Shown here: one piece after another, positions 25,235 to 37,600 of the stretch
Layout: each line of letters begins with the position of its first letter
Position numbering within the stretch: position 1 is the first letter of the stretch
IMG/VR virus record: IMGVR_UViG_3300027969_000133
Location: 1-53,796 of that record
Direction: 5' to 3' (one strand)
From: a virus
Taxonomy: Duplodnaviria; Caudoviricetes
DNA: 53,796 nt
Position numbers and translations under genes: made by a program
Notes under the pieces: model-generated
Seen by the model: the letters and a program-made list of their open reading frames with translations, nothing else
What the model was told of the DNA's origin: nothing
Database searches by the model: none

Positions 25235-28200
25235 ATGACTACGACTACTAGACAAACGAATTTAATACTAAATCAGGACTGGACAAGGATCTATCAGACC
25301 TTTAAAAGTGCTGACTTCAAAAGCTACGACTTTGAAAATTTGCGTAGAGTTATCATCACATATCTGCGTGAAAACTACCCAGAAGATTTCAACGATTACA
25401 TTGAATCTAGTGAATATCTAGCACTAATTGATGCAGTTGCTTTCTTAGGGCAGAGTCTAGCATTTCGTATTGATCTTGCCAGCAGAGAAAACTTTATTGA
25501 ATTAGCTTCTCGTAGAGAAAGCGTCCTTCGTATAGCTCGTATGTTGAGCTATAATGCGAAGAGGAATATTGCCAGCAAAGGTCTGTTGAAATTCGATACC
25601 GTCAGCACTACTGAAAACGTCCTTGATGCCAACGGCAGAAATTTATCCCGTCAAATTATTCAATGGAATGACTCGACTAATCCCAACTGGAGAGAGCAGT
25701 TTAACGCCATACTAAATGCTGCCATGGCAGACAACACTGAAATTGGCCGCAGTCAAGGAAACGCCACAATTCAAGGAATTCCTACAGAGCAATATAGATT
25801 TAGAACTGCCAGCAGAGATGTTCCAATTTTTACATTCAATAAAAATGTTGCCGGTCGTGCTATGCCTTTTGAAATGGTAAGCACCGCATTTAAGGGCAGT
25901 GAAGAAATTTACGAAGAAGCGCCAGTTCCCGGTAATCAACTAGGATTCGTCTACAAGTCAGACGGCAAAGGTGCCGCCAGTACCAACACAGGATTTTTCT
26001 TGATGTTTAAACAAGGAAGTCTAGAACTTGCAGACTTTTCAATAGCTGTACCTACCACAAATGAAAAAGTAGCAGTGGATGCCGACAACATCAATAACAG
26101 TGATGTGTGGTTATTTCGACTGGCAGCAAACGGTGCTCAATTAGATCCGTGGACACAAGTATCTAGTCTAGCAGGCAACAACATTGCCTACAACAGTATC
26201 GAAAAAGACATTAGAAATATCTACTCTATTTCTACTAAGAACTCAGACAGAATTGATTTAATTTTTGCAGACGGAGTCTACGGAAACTTGCCGCAAGGTC
26301 CTTTTAGAGTTTATTATCGTGTTAGCAATGGATTATCATACAGTGTACTTCCTAATGAAATGCGTGGAATTAATATTGAAGTTCCTTATGTAAACAAGTC
26401 TGGTCAAAGTCATGTTCTTAAAATCAGTATGAGTTTAAAATACACAGTAAGCAATAGTGTTCCAGCAGAAACTGTAGAAAGTATTAGAACAAAAGCCCCT
26501 GCTCAATATTATACACAGAATAGAATGATCACAGCAGAAGACTATAATCTTGCACCACTTACTAGCAGTCAAGACATATTAAAAGTAAAAGCTATTAATC
26601 GAACCAGTAGTGGAGTTAGCCGTAATTTTGATATTATTGATGCCAGCGGAAAATATTCCAGTGTAAATGTATTTGCTGATGATGGAGTAATTTACAAACA
26701 AGATAGTGAAAAAAGTCTAGCATTTAAAACAGTTAGCAGAATTGATACAATTAACTTTATTCGTCAAAGCATTGAACCTTTGTTTACAGATACCGGCGTT
26801 TATAATTTTTATTTTACCAAGTACGATAAAATTTTGTTCACTGATATAAACACACAGTGGACACAAATTACTTCAGATGTAAATGAAAGTACAGGATATT
26901 TTATTAACGCAGTTGACTTAACTTTGCAAAAAGTAAGTTCTTATACAACCAACACTTTGAAATATGTTGCCGCTGGTGCAATGATTAAATTTATACCTCC
27001 TACCGGTAAGAGTTTTAAACGAGGTGAATTAGTTACTACAGACGCTAACGATCTAGACCAAACTGATAGACTATGGACCAAGGTTATTCGAGTAGTAGGC
27101 GATGGAACCAATGCAGGCCGTGGAACTTTAAGTACCGGTAAAGGCCCAGTAACTTTTAACGATACTATTCCTACAGGCGCAATAGCTAGTAGAATTATTC
27201 CAAAGTTTGTGAACAATTTGCCAGAGGCACTCGAAACACAAATTGTAAACTTGTGCGCCGAAAACAAAAATTTTGGTCTTAGATTTGATGTTGCTACAGC
27301 GTCATGGAAAATTATCACTGCGCCAAACATTGATTTAATAAATGCATTTGCACTAGGAAAAGCAGGTGACACCTCAAATAATAACCTCGACACCAGTTGG
27401 ATTATTGCTCTTACTAAAGAAGCAGATGAATATCAACTTCGTGTTAGAACTTTAAATTATATATTTGGCAGTCTTGAACAAAATAGATTTTATTTTGATG
27501 TTAATCAAAAAATCTATGACGGCAAAACAGGAAAAACAATCAAAGATCAAATACGAGTATTGGGTATCAATACTATGCCAAACAATCCTCTCGCTCTCAA
27601 ACAAGACCTTATTTTTGAAGTTGATGACTCGATTAAGTTTGAAGACGGGTATCAAAGCTCAGAAGAAATCCAAGTAGCATTTAGCGACAGCGATGACGAC
27701 GGTGTTATTGATAATGCAGATGCATTTGAACAAATTGTTGGAGTAGATCAAGATTTAAATTATCTATTCTTTACAGAAGTGGTAGATAGCTTTGGTAATA
27801 TAATTTACACATACTTTGATAATAGCACAGATTTAATTCTAATAAGTGCAAGTGAAGATCAAATCAATGTCAATGAATATCAAGATGGCCAGTTAATTTA
27901 TTTTTATGACAGTGCTGAAGATCGCGTTAAACGTGTAGATACTGCATCAAACAGTTTAATTCTAGAATCGGGTTATAGAGCAAATATTGGACGATCGGGA
28001 TTAAAATTTCAGTATGTTCACAATGCCAATGTTGATCGAAGAATTGATCCTAGTGTTAGCAACATTGTTGATGTCTACTTATTAACAAGAAGTTACGATA
28101 CTGAATTTAGAAAATATCTAAGTGGCGGATTAGTAACTAAACCTGAATCTCCTAACAGTGATAGTTTGCGTATTAGTTTTGGATCATCACTGGGAGAGAT

Positions 28201-28645
28201 TAAATCAATCAGTGATGAAGTAATATACCATCCAGTGAACTATAAAGTGCTGTTCGGAGCAACAGCAGACTATGCCTTACAAGCACAATTTAAAATTGTT
28301 AAAAATCCAAATAAAACAATCAATGACAACGATCTTAAAGTTAGAATTATTTCAGCAATTAATGATTTCTTTGATGTAGCCAACTGGGACTTTGGTGATA
28401 GATTTTATCTCGGTGAATTAATCACATACATTACTAATGCAGTTACTCCAGATTTAAGTAACTTGGTAATTGTTCCTAGACAACCAACGCAGAGCTTTGG
28501 TAGTTTGTTTGAAATTCAAAGTGCTAACGATGAAATTTTTGTCAGTGGAGCCACAGTAGATGATGTTGTTATTGTAACAGCAATCACTGCTAGCGAAATC
28601 CGTGTAGCTGCTTCGGCAGTTATATCAGCAACTAATTTAGGGTAA
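25235..28645 (+). CDS. gp6: Baseplate wedge protein (gp6-like)
   Basis: YDFENLR, ENFIELASRRESVLRIARMLSY, FADGVYG.LP, ESIRTKAP..Y.TQNRMITAEDY. Confidence 0.9.
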   Translation: MTTTTRQTNLILNQDWTRIYQTFKSADFKSYDFENLRRVIITYLRENYPEDFNDYIESSEYLALIDAVAFLGQSLAFRIDLASRENFIELASRRESVLRIARMLSYNAKRNIASKGLLKFDTVSTTENVLDANGRNLSRQIIQWNDSTNPNWREQFNAILNAAMADNTEIGRSQGNATIQGIPTEQYRFRTASRDVPIFTFNKNVAGRAMPFEMVSTAFKGSEEIYEEAPVPGNQLGFVYKSDGKGAASTNTGFFLMFKQGSLELADFSIAVPTTNEKVAVDADNINNSDVWLFRLAANGAQLDPWTQVSSLAGNNIAYNSIEKDIRNIYSISTKNSDRIDLIFADGVYGNLPQGPFRVYYRVSNGLSYSVLPNEMRGINIEVPYVNKSGQSHVLKISMSLKYTVSNSVPAETVESIRTKAPAQYYTQNRMITAEDYNLAPLTSSQDILKVKAINRTSSGVSRNFDIIDASGKYSSVNVFADDGVIYKQDSEKSLAFKTVSRIDTINFIRQSIEPLFTDTGVYNFYFTKYDKILFTDINTQWTQITSDVNESTGYFINAVDLTLQKVSSYTTNTLKYVAAGAMIKFIPPTGKSFKRGELVTTDANDLDQTDRLWTKVIRVVGDGTNAGRGTLSTGKGPVTFNDTIPTGAIASRIIPKFVNNLPEALETQIVNLCAENKNFGLRFDVATASWKIITAPNIDLINAFALGKAGDTSNNNLDTSWIIALTKEADEYQLRVRTLNYIFGSLEQNRFYFDVNQKIYDGKTGKTIKDQIRVLGINTMPNNPLALKQDLIFEVDDSIKFEDGYQSSEEIQVAFSDSDDDGVIDNADAFEQIVGVDQDLNYLFFTEVVDSFGNIIYTYFDNSTDLILISASEDQINVNEYQDGQLIYFYDSAEDRVKRVDTASNSLILESGYRANIGRSGLKFQYVHNANVDRRIDPSVSNIVDVYLLTRSYDTEFRKYLSGGLVTKPESPNSDSLRISFGSSLGEIKSISDEVIYHPVNYKVLFGATADYALQAQFKIVKNPNKTINDNDLKVRIISAINDFFDVANWDFGDRFYLGELITYITNAVTPDLSNLVIVPRQPTQSFGSLFEIQSANDEIFVSGATVDDVVIVTAITASEIRVAASAVISATNLG

Positions 28646-28654
28646 TTGTAGAAA

Positions 28655-31600
28655 ATGGCAAATGAAATTTTCCCGGCAAGCGGGTTACCAATTCGCAGGA
28701 CAGTAGATTTACTGCCACAGGTTTTCAAGACTGAGACTAACAGTAAATTTATGGCCGGAGTCATTGACCCTTTGGTCCAGCCGGGTGTTCTACAAAAAAC
28801 TGTAGGATATGTTGGTCGTAGATATGGCAAGACCTACAAAGGCTCTGACATTTATCTCGATAGCGACAACACACTACGCAGTAGATATCAATTAGAACCA
28901 GGAGTAGTACTATCGGATGATCGAGGAAACATTGAAAATTTCTATGACTACATTGACTTTAAAAATCAACTTAGATTTTTTAATAACCTCAACGAGCGCG
29001 ACGATTTAATTACCAGCCAAGATCATTACAGCTGGAATCCCCCCATCGAATGGGACAAGTTTGTAAACTTCCGTGAATACTATTGGGTTCCAAACGGTCC
29101 TCCAAGTGTTAAAGTTCTTGGACAAGGCGATGCAATTACTAGTACCTATAGAGTTCGTCAAGGTACAACATCAACATGGATTTTTTATCCAGACGGTTCA
29201 ACAAACAATCCTACATTAACCTTGTATAGAGGGCAGACCTATAATTTTGCAGTTAACAGTCCTAGAGAAGGTTTTTATATTAGAACAGCTTTTGATACAG
29301 GCAGTTTAAAATACAATCCTTTCCTTCCTTATATTCCTAATCAACTTGCAGTCTATGATGGTAAATTGTGGAGAGCACTGACCTATGTTACAGCCAGTAT
29401 TGATGGCACAATTGTTGAAGGCCCAGAGTGGGAAATTGTAGACGAGAATGTACAAACATCAAAGTTTGATTACTTCAACGGAGTAACTAACAACGGAGCT
29501 GTTAACGGCACCGTGACATTTGAAGTTCCCTTTGACGCCCCAGATATTCTTTACTATCAGAGTGCAATAAATCCTGATAGATTTGGTCGTTTCTTAATCC
29601 AAGACATCGAAGAAAATACCAGTATTAATATCGATAAAGAAATTATAGGCAAACAAAATTATACCAGCAGTAACGGAGTTGAGTTTACTAACGGCCTAAT
29701 TGTACGATTTGGTGGAAAAGTTACTCCAACTAAGTATGTCAAAGATAATTGGTTAGTGGAAAAAGTTGGGAGAGAAATAACCCTAATTAAATTCTCAGAT
29801 TTAACAGTACCTATTATTACAAGCCAAATTCCGGAAGTAATTTTTGATAACACAGGATTTGATACAGACCCGTTTGATGACGCCACTTCATATCCCGGAG
29901 AAAAAGATTACATTATAGTATGTAGGGCTAGTATTGATGCTAATCCATGGAGTAGATATAATCGTTGGTTCCACAAATCAACTCTAGAACAAGCACACAA
30001 ACTAAATGGCACAGATTTTGAAGCAGGTGACAGTTTTAGAGCCAAGCGTCCTATTATTGAATTCCGTCCAAACCTTCAACTATTCAATCACGGTAGTATT
30101 GCTAAAACTCCTGTAGATTTTATTGATACATTTACAACTGATATTTTTTCTACAATTGAAGGAAGTCAAGGTTATAGCGTTGACGGAGAATTTTTATACC
30201 AAGGCGCTCGAGTATTATTTGTTGCAGACACAGACCAATTAGCTAATAACAAAATTTATCAAGTTAACTTTATTACACACAATAATGTTAGACAGATTAC
30301 ATTAAGAGCAACAGTTGATTCGGATCCTATCCTAGGTGAAGGTGTACTAGTTAAAAGTGGCAACAATAATAAAGGATTGATGTATCACTTTACTGGTGTT
30401 AATTGGGTACCTAGCCAAGAAAAAACAAAAGCCAATCAGTTGCCCTTGTTTGATCTGTTCGATAACAACGGCATTAGTTTTTCAGAAACAGCAACTTATC
30501 CTTCGTCAACATTTGCAGGATCTCCTATTGTGAGTTATAAAGTTGGCAATAGCATTGCTGACAGCGAATTGGGATTTAGCCTTGATTACTTAAACATAGA
30601 TAATGTCGGCGATATTTCATTCACATACAATCTTGATAGAGATAGTTTTAGTTATTCTGTTAATCAAGAAACAATAACAAAAAATCTAAACACCGGATTT
30701 TATAGATTTAATCCCTTAGACGAGTTTGCCAACGGATGGACTAAATCAGACAGCGATTATCAGCAGCCAATTTTAGATAGTGTAGTTGTTACTGAAGCAA
30801 CAAATAAAATTACTCTAGCAACAGTTGATTGGATAGCATTTAGTAGTCTCCCGTCTACAGTGATCTTTTATCTAAACGGACAAAGACACTTTGACAGTTA
30901 CACTAGAGAAAACGGAATATTTACATTTGCCAACACATTTGCGGTAAACGATGTAGTATCGATTAAAATGTATATTGACATTGATCCGGACCAAGGCTAT
31001 TATCAAATTCCACACGGATTAGAAAAAAATCCGTTAAATGATAACCTAACAGATTTTACACTGGGTCAGGCGATTGATCATTTATCGTCTGCGATGGAAA
31101 TTGAAACACAGTTTTTAGGAGTATATCCCGGAACTAGTAACTTAAGAAATATTGACGGCTATCAAAATCGTTGTATGCGTTTCTTAAAACACTCCGGTAT
31201 TGCACCAATGGCAGTATCGTTGCTTTGCGATAAAAATATTAACATTGTAAAATCTATTCAACATTCGCTAAGAGCCTACAGCAATTTTAAAAACGAATTC
31301 TTAAAAAGAATTGCCGAAATTAGCCCGCTGGATAATATTGTAGATTTTGTTGACGAAGTTATGTCAGCAATGACGGTGACAAAAGATTCATCAGATCCGT
31401 TTGCAGACAGCGATATGATTGGTAACGGAGCCCATGCAGATATAGTATATCTAGTAGAAGACGAAGGAATAAAAGTTTTTGCATTGAGCCAAACTTTTAA
31501 TCTTACAGAACTTAGTCGTCGTGCAGTTTATGTTTATCGTAATGGTGAGCAATTAATTCACGGAACAGATTATGTATTTGACGGTACATTTGGATTTGTT

Positions 31601-34600
31601 AGACTTTCATTAACTCTAACCGAAGGCGATCAAATTGTAATTAGAGAATATACATCTACCGCCTTTAATTATATTCCTTCAACGCCTACCAAGTTAGGCC
31701 TGTATAAAAAATATCTGCCAAGAATTTATCTTGATGATACATTTGTAACTCCGCGTTTAGTAATACAAGGACACGACGGAAGCATTACTGCGGCCTATGA
31801 TGACTATAGAGACGATGCAATTTTAGAACTAGAATTACGAATTTACAATAACATTAAGCAAGAATATAACGAAAACATTTTTAATATTGATACAGTATTT
31901 GGCGGCTATTACGGCAATGCACTGTACACTAAACCAGAATTAGATGCTATTGTTATACAGGATTTTTTACGCTGGGTATCTAACACTGACATCGATTACA
32001 CCAACAATGATCAGTATTTTGACACTCAAAATAGTTTTACCTACACTTACAGCAACATGACAGATCCGACCAAGCTACAGAGCTTGCCGGGGTATTGGAG
32101 AGGCGTGTATCAATGGTTCTATGACACTGATCGGCCACATATTTGTCCTTGGGAAATGTTGGGCTTCAGCGAAAAACCTACATGGTGGGAAAGCGAATAC
32201 GGTCCGGCACCTTACACTAGAGGTAACTTAATTCTTTGGGAAGATATTCGCGATGGAGTTATTCGTCAAGGAACAAGAGCAGGTACTCATAGTAGATATG
32301 CTAGATCTAGCATACTTGACCACATCCCAACAGATGGTGACGGTCGACTATTGAGCCCATTGGATTCTGGAATAGCTAACGATTTTACTTTAATTAATAA
32401 TCAGGGTGATTACAGACCAGGAGATGTTAGCCCAGTAGAAGCCGCATGGAGATCCAGCAGTGAATGGCCGTTTTCGGTAATGGTTGCACTATGTCTGTTA
32501 AAACCTTTTGAATTTATCACAGACAGTTTTGATAGATCTAGAATGTCAGTTAACCAACTTGGCCAAACAGTATTTGCAGACTCTGGAGTGTTTTCTAAGA
32601 TTTCTAATTTATTAGTTCCTGTAGTAGGTGGAACACAACTGTCTGGATTGGTAACATTTGTTTCTAGTTATGTTCGTAGTAAAAATCTAGATCCGCAAGT
32701 ATTGTTAACACGACTAAACAATTTAGATGTTAAAATTTCTACTAGGATGTCCGGCTTTGTTGACCAAACAGAACAAAAATATTTGCTTGATAGCAAAAAT
32801 CCAAGTGCCACTTCTAGCAGCATTTATGTGCCAAATGAAAATTATGATGTAATTTTCAATGTAGGCGTTCCTATGATTGGCATCGCTTACAGCGGAGTAT
32901 TAATTGAAAAGTTAGCCGAAGGTTGGAAAATCAAAGGCTACGACAACCAACAGCCATACTTTAACTATTTTAAACCCATTGCTAGTAGTAGCGATCCATT
33001 AACATCGGTTGGGGGCACAAGTGCATCTTTCTTAGACTGGGCCGCAGACAAAGTCTATAGTAATGGCGACATAGTAAGAACTCAAAATATTTTTTATCGT
33101 GCCTTAAAGTCACACACAAGTACCGGTGTGTTTGATAAAACCCTTTGGAAGACCTTACCTAAACTACCAGTAGTTGGCGGCGTCGAAGCGTATTTTAGAA
33201 AAACATTTAGCCAATTAAAACCAACTCAATTGTACTACGGAACGGTTATTACTACCATTCAGGGAGTAGTAGATTTCTTGTTAGGCTATCAGGCCTATTT
33301 GAAAACGCAAGGATTTAGCTTTGATCGATATGATGCAGAAAATCAAGTGGCCTATAACTGGGGAACTAGCTGTAAAGAATTCTTGTTCTGGACCAAACAT
33401 AATTGGGCAGTAGGATCTTTATTAACACTAAGTCCAAGCGCCGGCCAAGTTGACATGGAAATTCCGTTAGGAGTTGCTGACAGTTTGTTTGACAGTTTCT
33501 ATGATTATCAAATATTTAAGAGTGACGGAGCTCCGCTATTACCTATATTTTTAAATGTTAACAGAGACTTCCAGTCAGTGAAAGTTAGTACAGTTAATAC
33601 CAATGAAGGTATTTACTTTATTAAAGTATATTTTGTTCTTAAAGAACATATCACAGTCTTTGATGATCGCACAGTGTTCAACGATGTTATCTATGACAAG
33701 ACCACCGGATATCGTCAAGAACGCATTAAGAGTCGTGGTTTCCGTACAGTTGACTGGGACGGCGATTATACCAGTCCCGGATTCTTGTTTGACAATGTAA
33801 ACATCCAGGTGTGGAGTCCTTACACTGATTACAGATTAGGTGACATTGTTTCTTATAAGTCTTACAACTGGGTCAGCAAACGAAATCAGCAAGGCGCTGA
33901 ATTGTTCGATACCACAATATGGGAAAAATTAGATACTACTCCAACAAAAGGCCTAGTGGCAAACTTTGATTATAGAATTAATCAATTTGAGGATTATTAT
34001 GATGTTGATGCCGACGGACTAGGTAGCAGCCAACGAGATCTAAGTCGACATGTTATTGGATATCAAACACGAGAGTATCTACAGAACATGGCTGAAGATG
34101 CAGTAAGCCAGTTTAAATTATATCAAGGATTTATCCGTGAAAAAGGTACAGCAAATGCCATTACCAAAGTTTTTGACAAATTAAGTAGAACCAATACAGG
34201 CAGTATTGAACTCAATGAAGAATGGGCGTTCCGTGTGGGTCGATTAGGTGGTACCGAACAGTTTAATGAAACTGAATTTAGAATTTTAAAAAATGATTTT
34301 AAAATCAATCCCCAACCTGTAATTATTGCCCCTACAGATGCTAGTACTGATGTATTAGATCTGTATATGCGTGTGCCAGAAAAGAATTTTACAATTGCAC
34401 CAATTCCGTTTACAGCTAACATTAATCCAGTTAAGAAATATAAATTAACTCCAAGAACAGCAGGATATGTAAATTCTTTTGATGTTGATTTTGCTGTTAA
34501 GAATTATGATGATATTTTAACTCTTAATATTTCAGAATTTGAAGAAAATTCTCATGTATGGATTACTTTCTACAACACTTCATGGACTGTGTTAAGATAC

Positions 34601-37600
34601 AATATTTCTAAACTGTTATTAATCACCAATATTACTGTGGTTAAAACAAGAGTTGAAATCTCACTAGGAAGATCACACGGACTGTCTGTCGGTGATATCT
34701 TTGGCGTTAGAAATATTGAGAATCTAGAAGGATTCTATAAAATTACAGAAGTACCAGATAGAAGAACTGTTGTGATTCAAATTAGTAAAGATGCTAAGGA
34801 ACCCAAGTGGCAAGCAGATGATATTATTAATTTAGAATGTTTTACTTCTGCTCGTTTTCCTACATATCAATCAGTTGACCTTGCTATCGCAGCATCATTG
34901 ACTAGTGGAGCTAAATTTTGGATAGACACTAACGAATCAAACAATTGGGAAGTTGTTGAAAAACAAAAAATATTTTCAGCAACTGAAATTTCAGAATACG
35001 GAGTAACTAGTCCTAAAGGAAACGGAACAGCAGTATTATACATTGATATATTGACACAAATAGTGTCCTCAATGCCAGAAAGTAATCGAGTAGTTTCATA
35101 TCTCGAACGATCAGACGGTCTTAAGCCTTTCCAGACATTTGAAAGACCTAATAGTATCAGTGCAGCAGCCTATAATGTATTTGGTGAAAGTTTGGCTGTT
35201 AGCCCAGACGGTAAATGGCTAGCAATTGGTAGTCCAAGAGCAACCGCAGTAAGGTCAGATTATCAAGGAATTTATAACAGCGATTTAGATTATTTTCAAG
35301 GAAACATAGTTTTACACAAAGGAAAACTATGGAGGGCTAAAGTTGACATCTATGCCCAGGACTATACCGGCGCCGATAGTACCCATGTTGGAGCAGATAG
35401 TACCTTTGCTAGAATTGATACCACCATGGAAGACTGGGAGCCGGCGCTAGTAATCACGGCTAATCAACAAGGATCAAGTACCGGATATCAGTATCAAGGT
35501 GCAGTATCTCTTTATGAGTGGAGCGGCCAAAGTTGGGTTGAAAGATATAGTTTTGTTAGTCCAAGACAAAATACCAATGAACAGTTTGGTTCTAAAATAA
35601 CAATTGGAGTTGATTCTGGAAATTATTATATGGCTATTTCTGCACCAGGTGCAGAAAATAATAAAGGCCGAGTATATCTATACAAGTATGCTCCTCTAAC
35701 TACCAATACTTCAGAAACAGTTACCTATAAAATAACAGTGGCGCCACCTCAGGGAATGGAAGCTGGTTACAAATATTACATCAATGAGCAGTATAGACCT
35801 AATCTATCACTAACAGTTGGAAACACATATATATTTGATCAAACTGATCTTAGCAATGTTTATTATCCTAACCCTGTAGATGGTACAGTAACCAACAAGC
35901 ACCCTTTAAATTTTAGTAACGACAACATCAACGGAGTGTTAGGTGGTGGCACATTGTACACTACTGGAGTAACTTATCTCATTGACAATCGTACAGTTAC
36001 CCAGGCACAGTATATTGCAGGGTTTGCTACTGCTACGACTAGAAAAGTTCAAATTACCGTAACAGAAAACACCAGCAGTATCTTGTATTATTATTCATCG
36101 GCAACATTGAATATGGGTAATTCTATAATTAGAAAATATCCTAATATTGCTAAAGAATGGCAACTAATTGAGAATCAAAACTTTAAAGGTGTTTACGATA
36201 ACTCCGGCGCTAGATTCTACGAAGCCGGCGCCATTGTATGGTATAACAATGCACTGTGGCAGTCACTAGAAGACCAAACAGGCGATGGTAGTACTATCTC
36301 TGTTAACTCAAATCAGTGGACAAGATTAGATCCTATATCAACGCAAAGTTCATTGCCCACAAATATTGCTCTTGAAGACGATAGCTCAGATCCTACAGTT
36401 GGTTCGCTGTTATCTAATCAAGTTGCTGAATTAGTCAAAGAGGGAGACAAGTTTGGAACTAGTATGACTATGAGTCGTGACGGTATGACTCTAGTAATAG
36501 GATCACCAACTAGTGATGGACAATATTTTACTAATTATAGAGGTGTTTGGAATAGTTACCAAACATATAAAATCAACGATGTAGTTAAACAATCGGGTGT
36601 CTATCGCAGATTGAGTACAGCAACTTCAATAGGTGCAGATCCAGATAACGGATCTCCGTGGACATTAGTTGCAGCAGTATCAACTGCAACATCTGGAAAA
36701 ATCTATATCTATAAAATGAATGCCTACGGCTTCTATAGTCTAATCCAGACAATCAATGCAGGTAGTTTGCCTGCGGTCAACGACTTGGCCCCAACAGAGA
36801 TAATCAATTCTGGGGATTTGTTTGGATTCTCAATAGACATTGATAACTCCGGAAATGTTATAGTAGTTTCTAGCCCGCAAGCAGATAGCAATTTACAAAA
36901 TCAAGGTAGTGTTTATATTTTCAAATACGACGATACAGAATATCGTCTAAAACAAAAACTTCAAAGCTATGAAATTTATAACAATGAGTTATTTGGTTTT
37001 AGTGTTTCTATCAGTGAACGCGGCGAGCGTGTGGTAGTTGGGGCAAAAAATACTCCTTATAAATTACCGACTAGATTTGATCTAGCTTTAGGAACACGAT
37101 TCGACGGCAATAGAACAACATTCTCCGAAGATCAAGGTTATCCTGGACAGGTTTATGTATTTGAACTTAAAGATCAAACTTATATACTTTCTGAAAAATT
37201 AGAAGCCGATATAACAAATAATGAAGGATTTGGATATTCGTTAGACAGCACAGCGTCAGTAATTTTAACAGGTTCTCCAAGCTATGCTACTTCGGGCATG
37301 ACTAGAATATTTAGAAAGGATGTTACCAAAGACAGCTTTACGGTTGTTGCAGAAGAATCGCCTATGGTGAATATCAATCTGTTAAAGAGTGTTGCTCTGT
37401 ATGATGACGAGCATTATTTAAAAATTGCAGATCTAGATATTATTGATGTAAACAAATTAAAAATTCTTGGTCGTGCAGAACAAGAAATTAAGTTTAAAAC
37501 TCTATACGATCCGGCCAGTTATACCAACGGTACTACCGAAGTTGAAGTTGACGCTGACCGAGCCTGGTTTGAAAAAAATGTTGGAGTAATTTGGTGGAAT

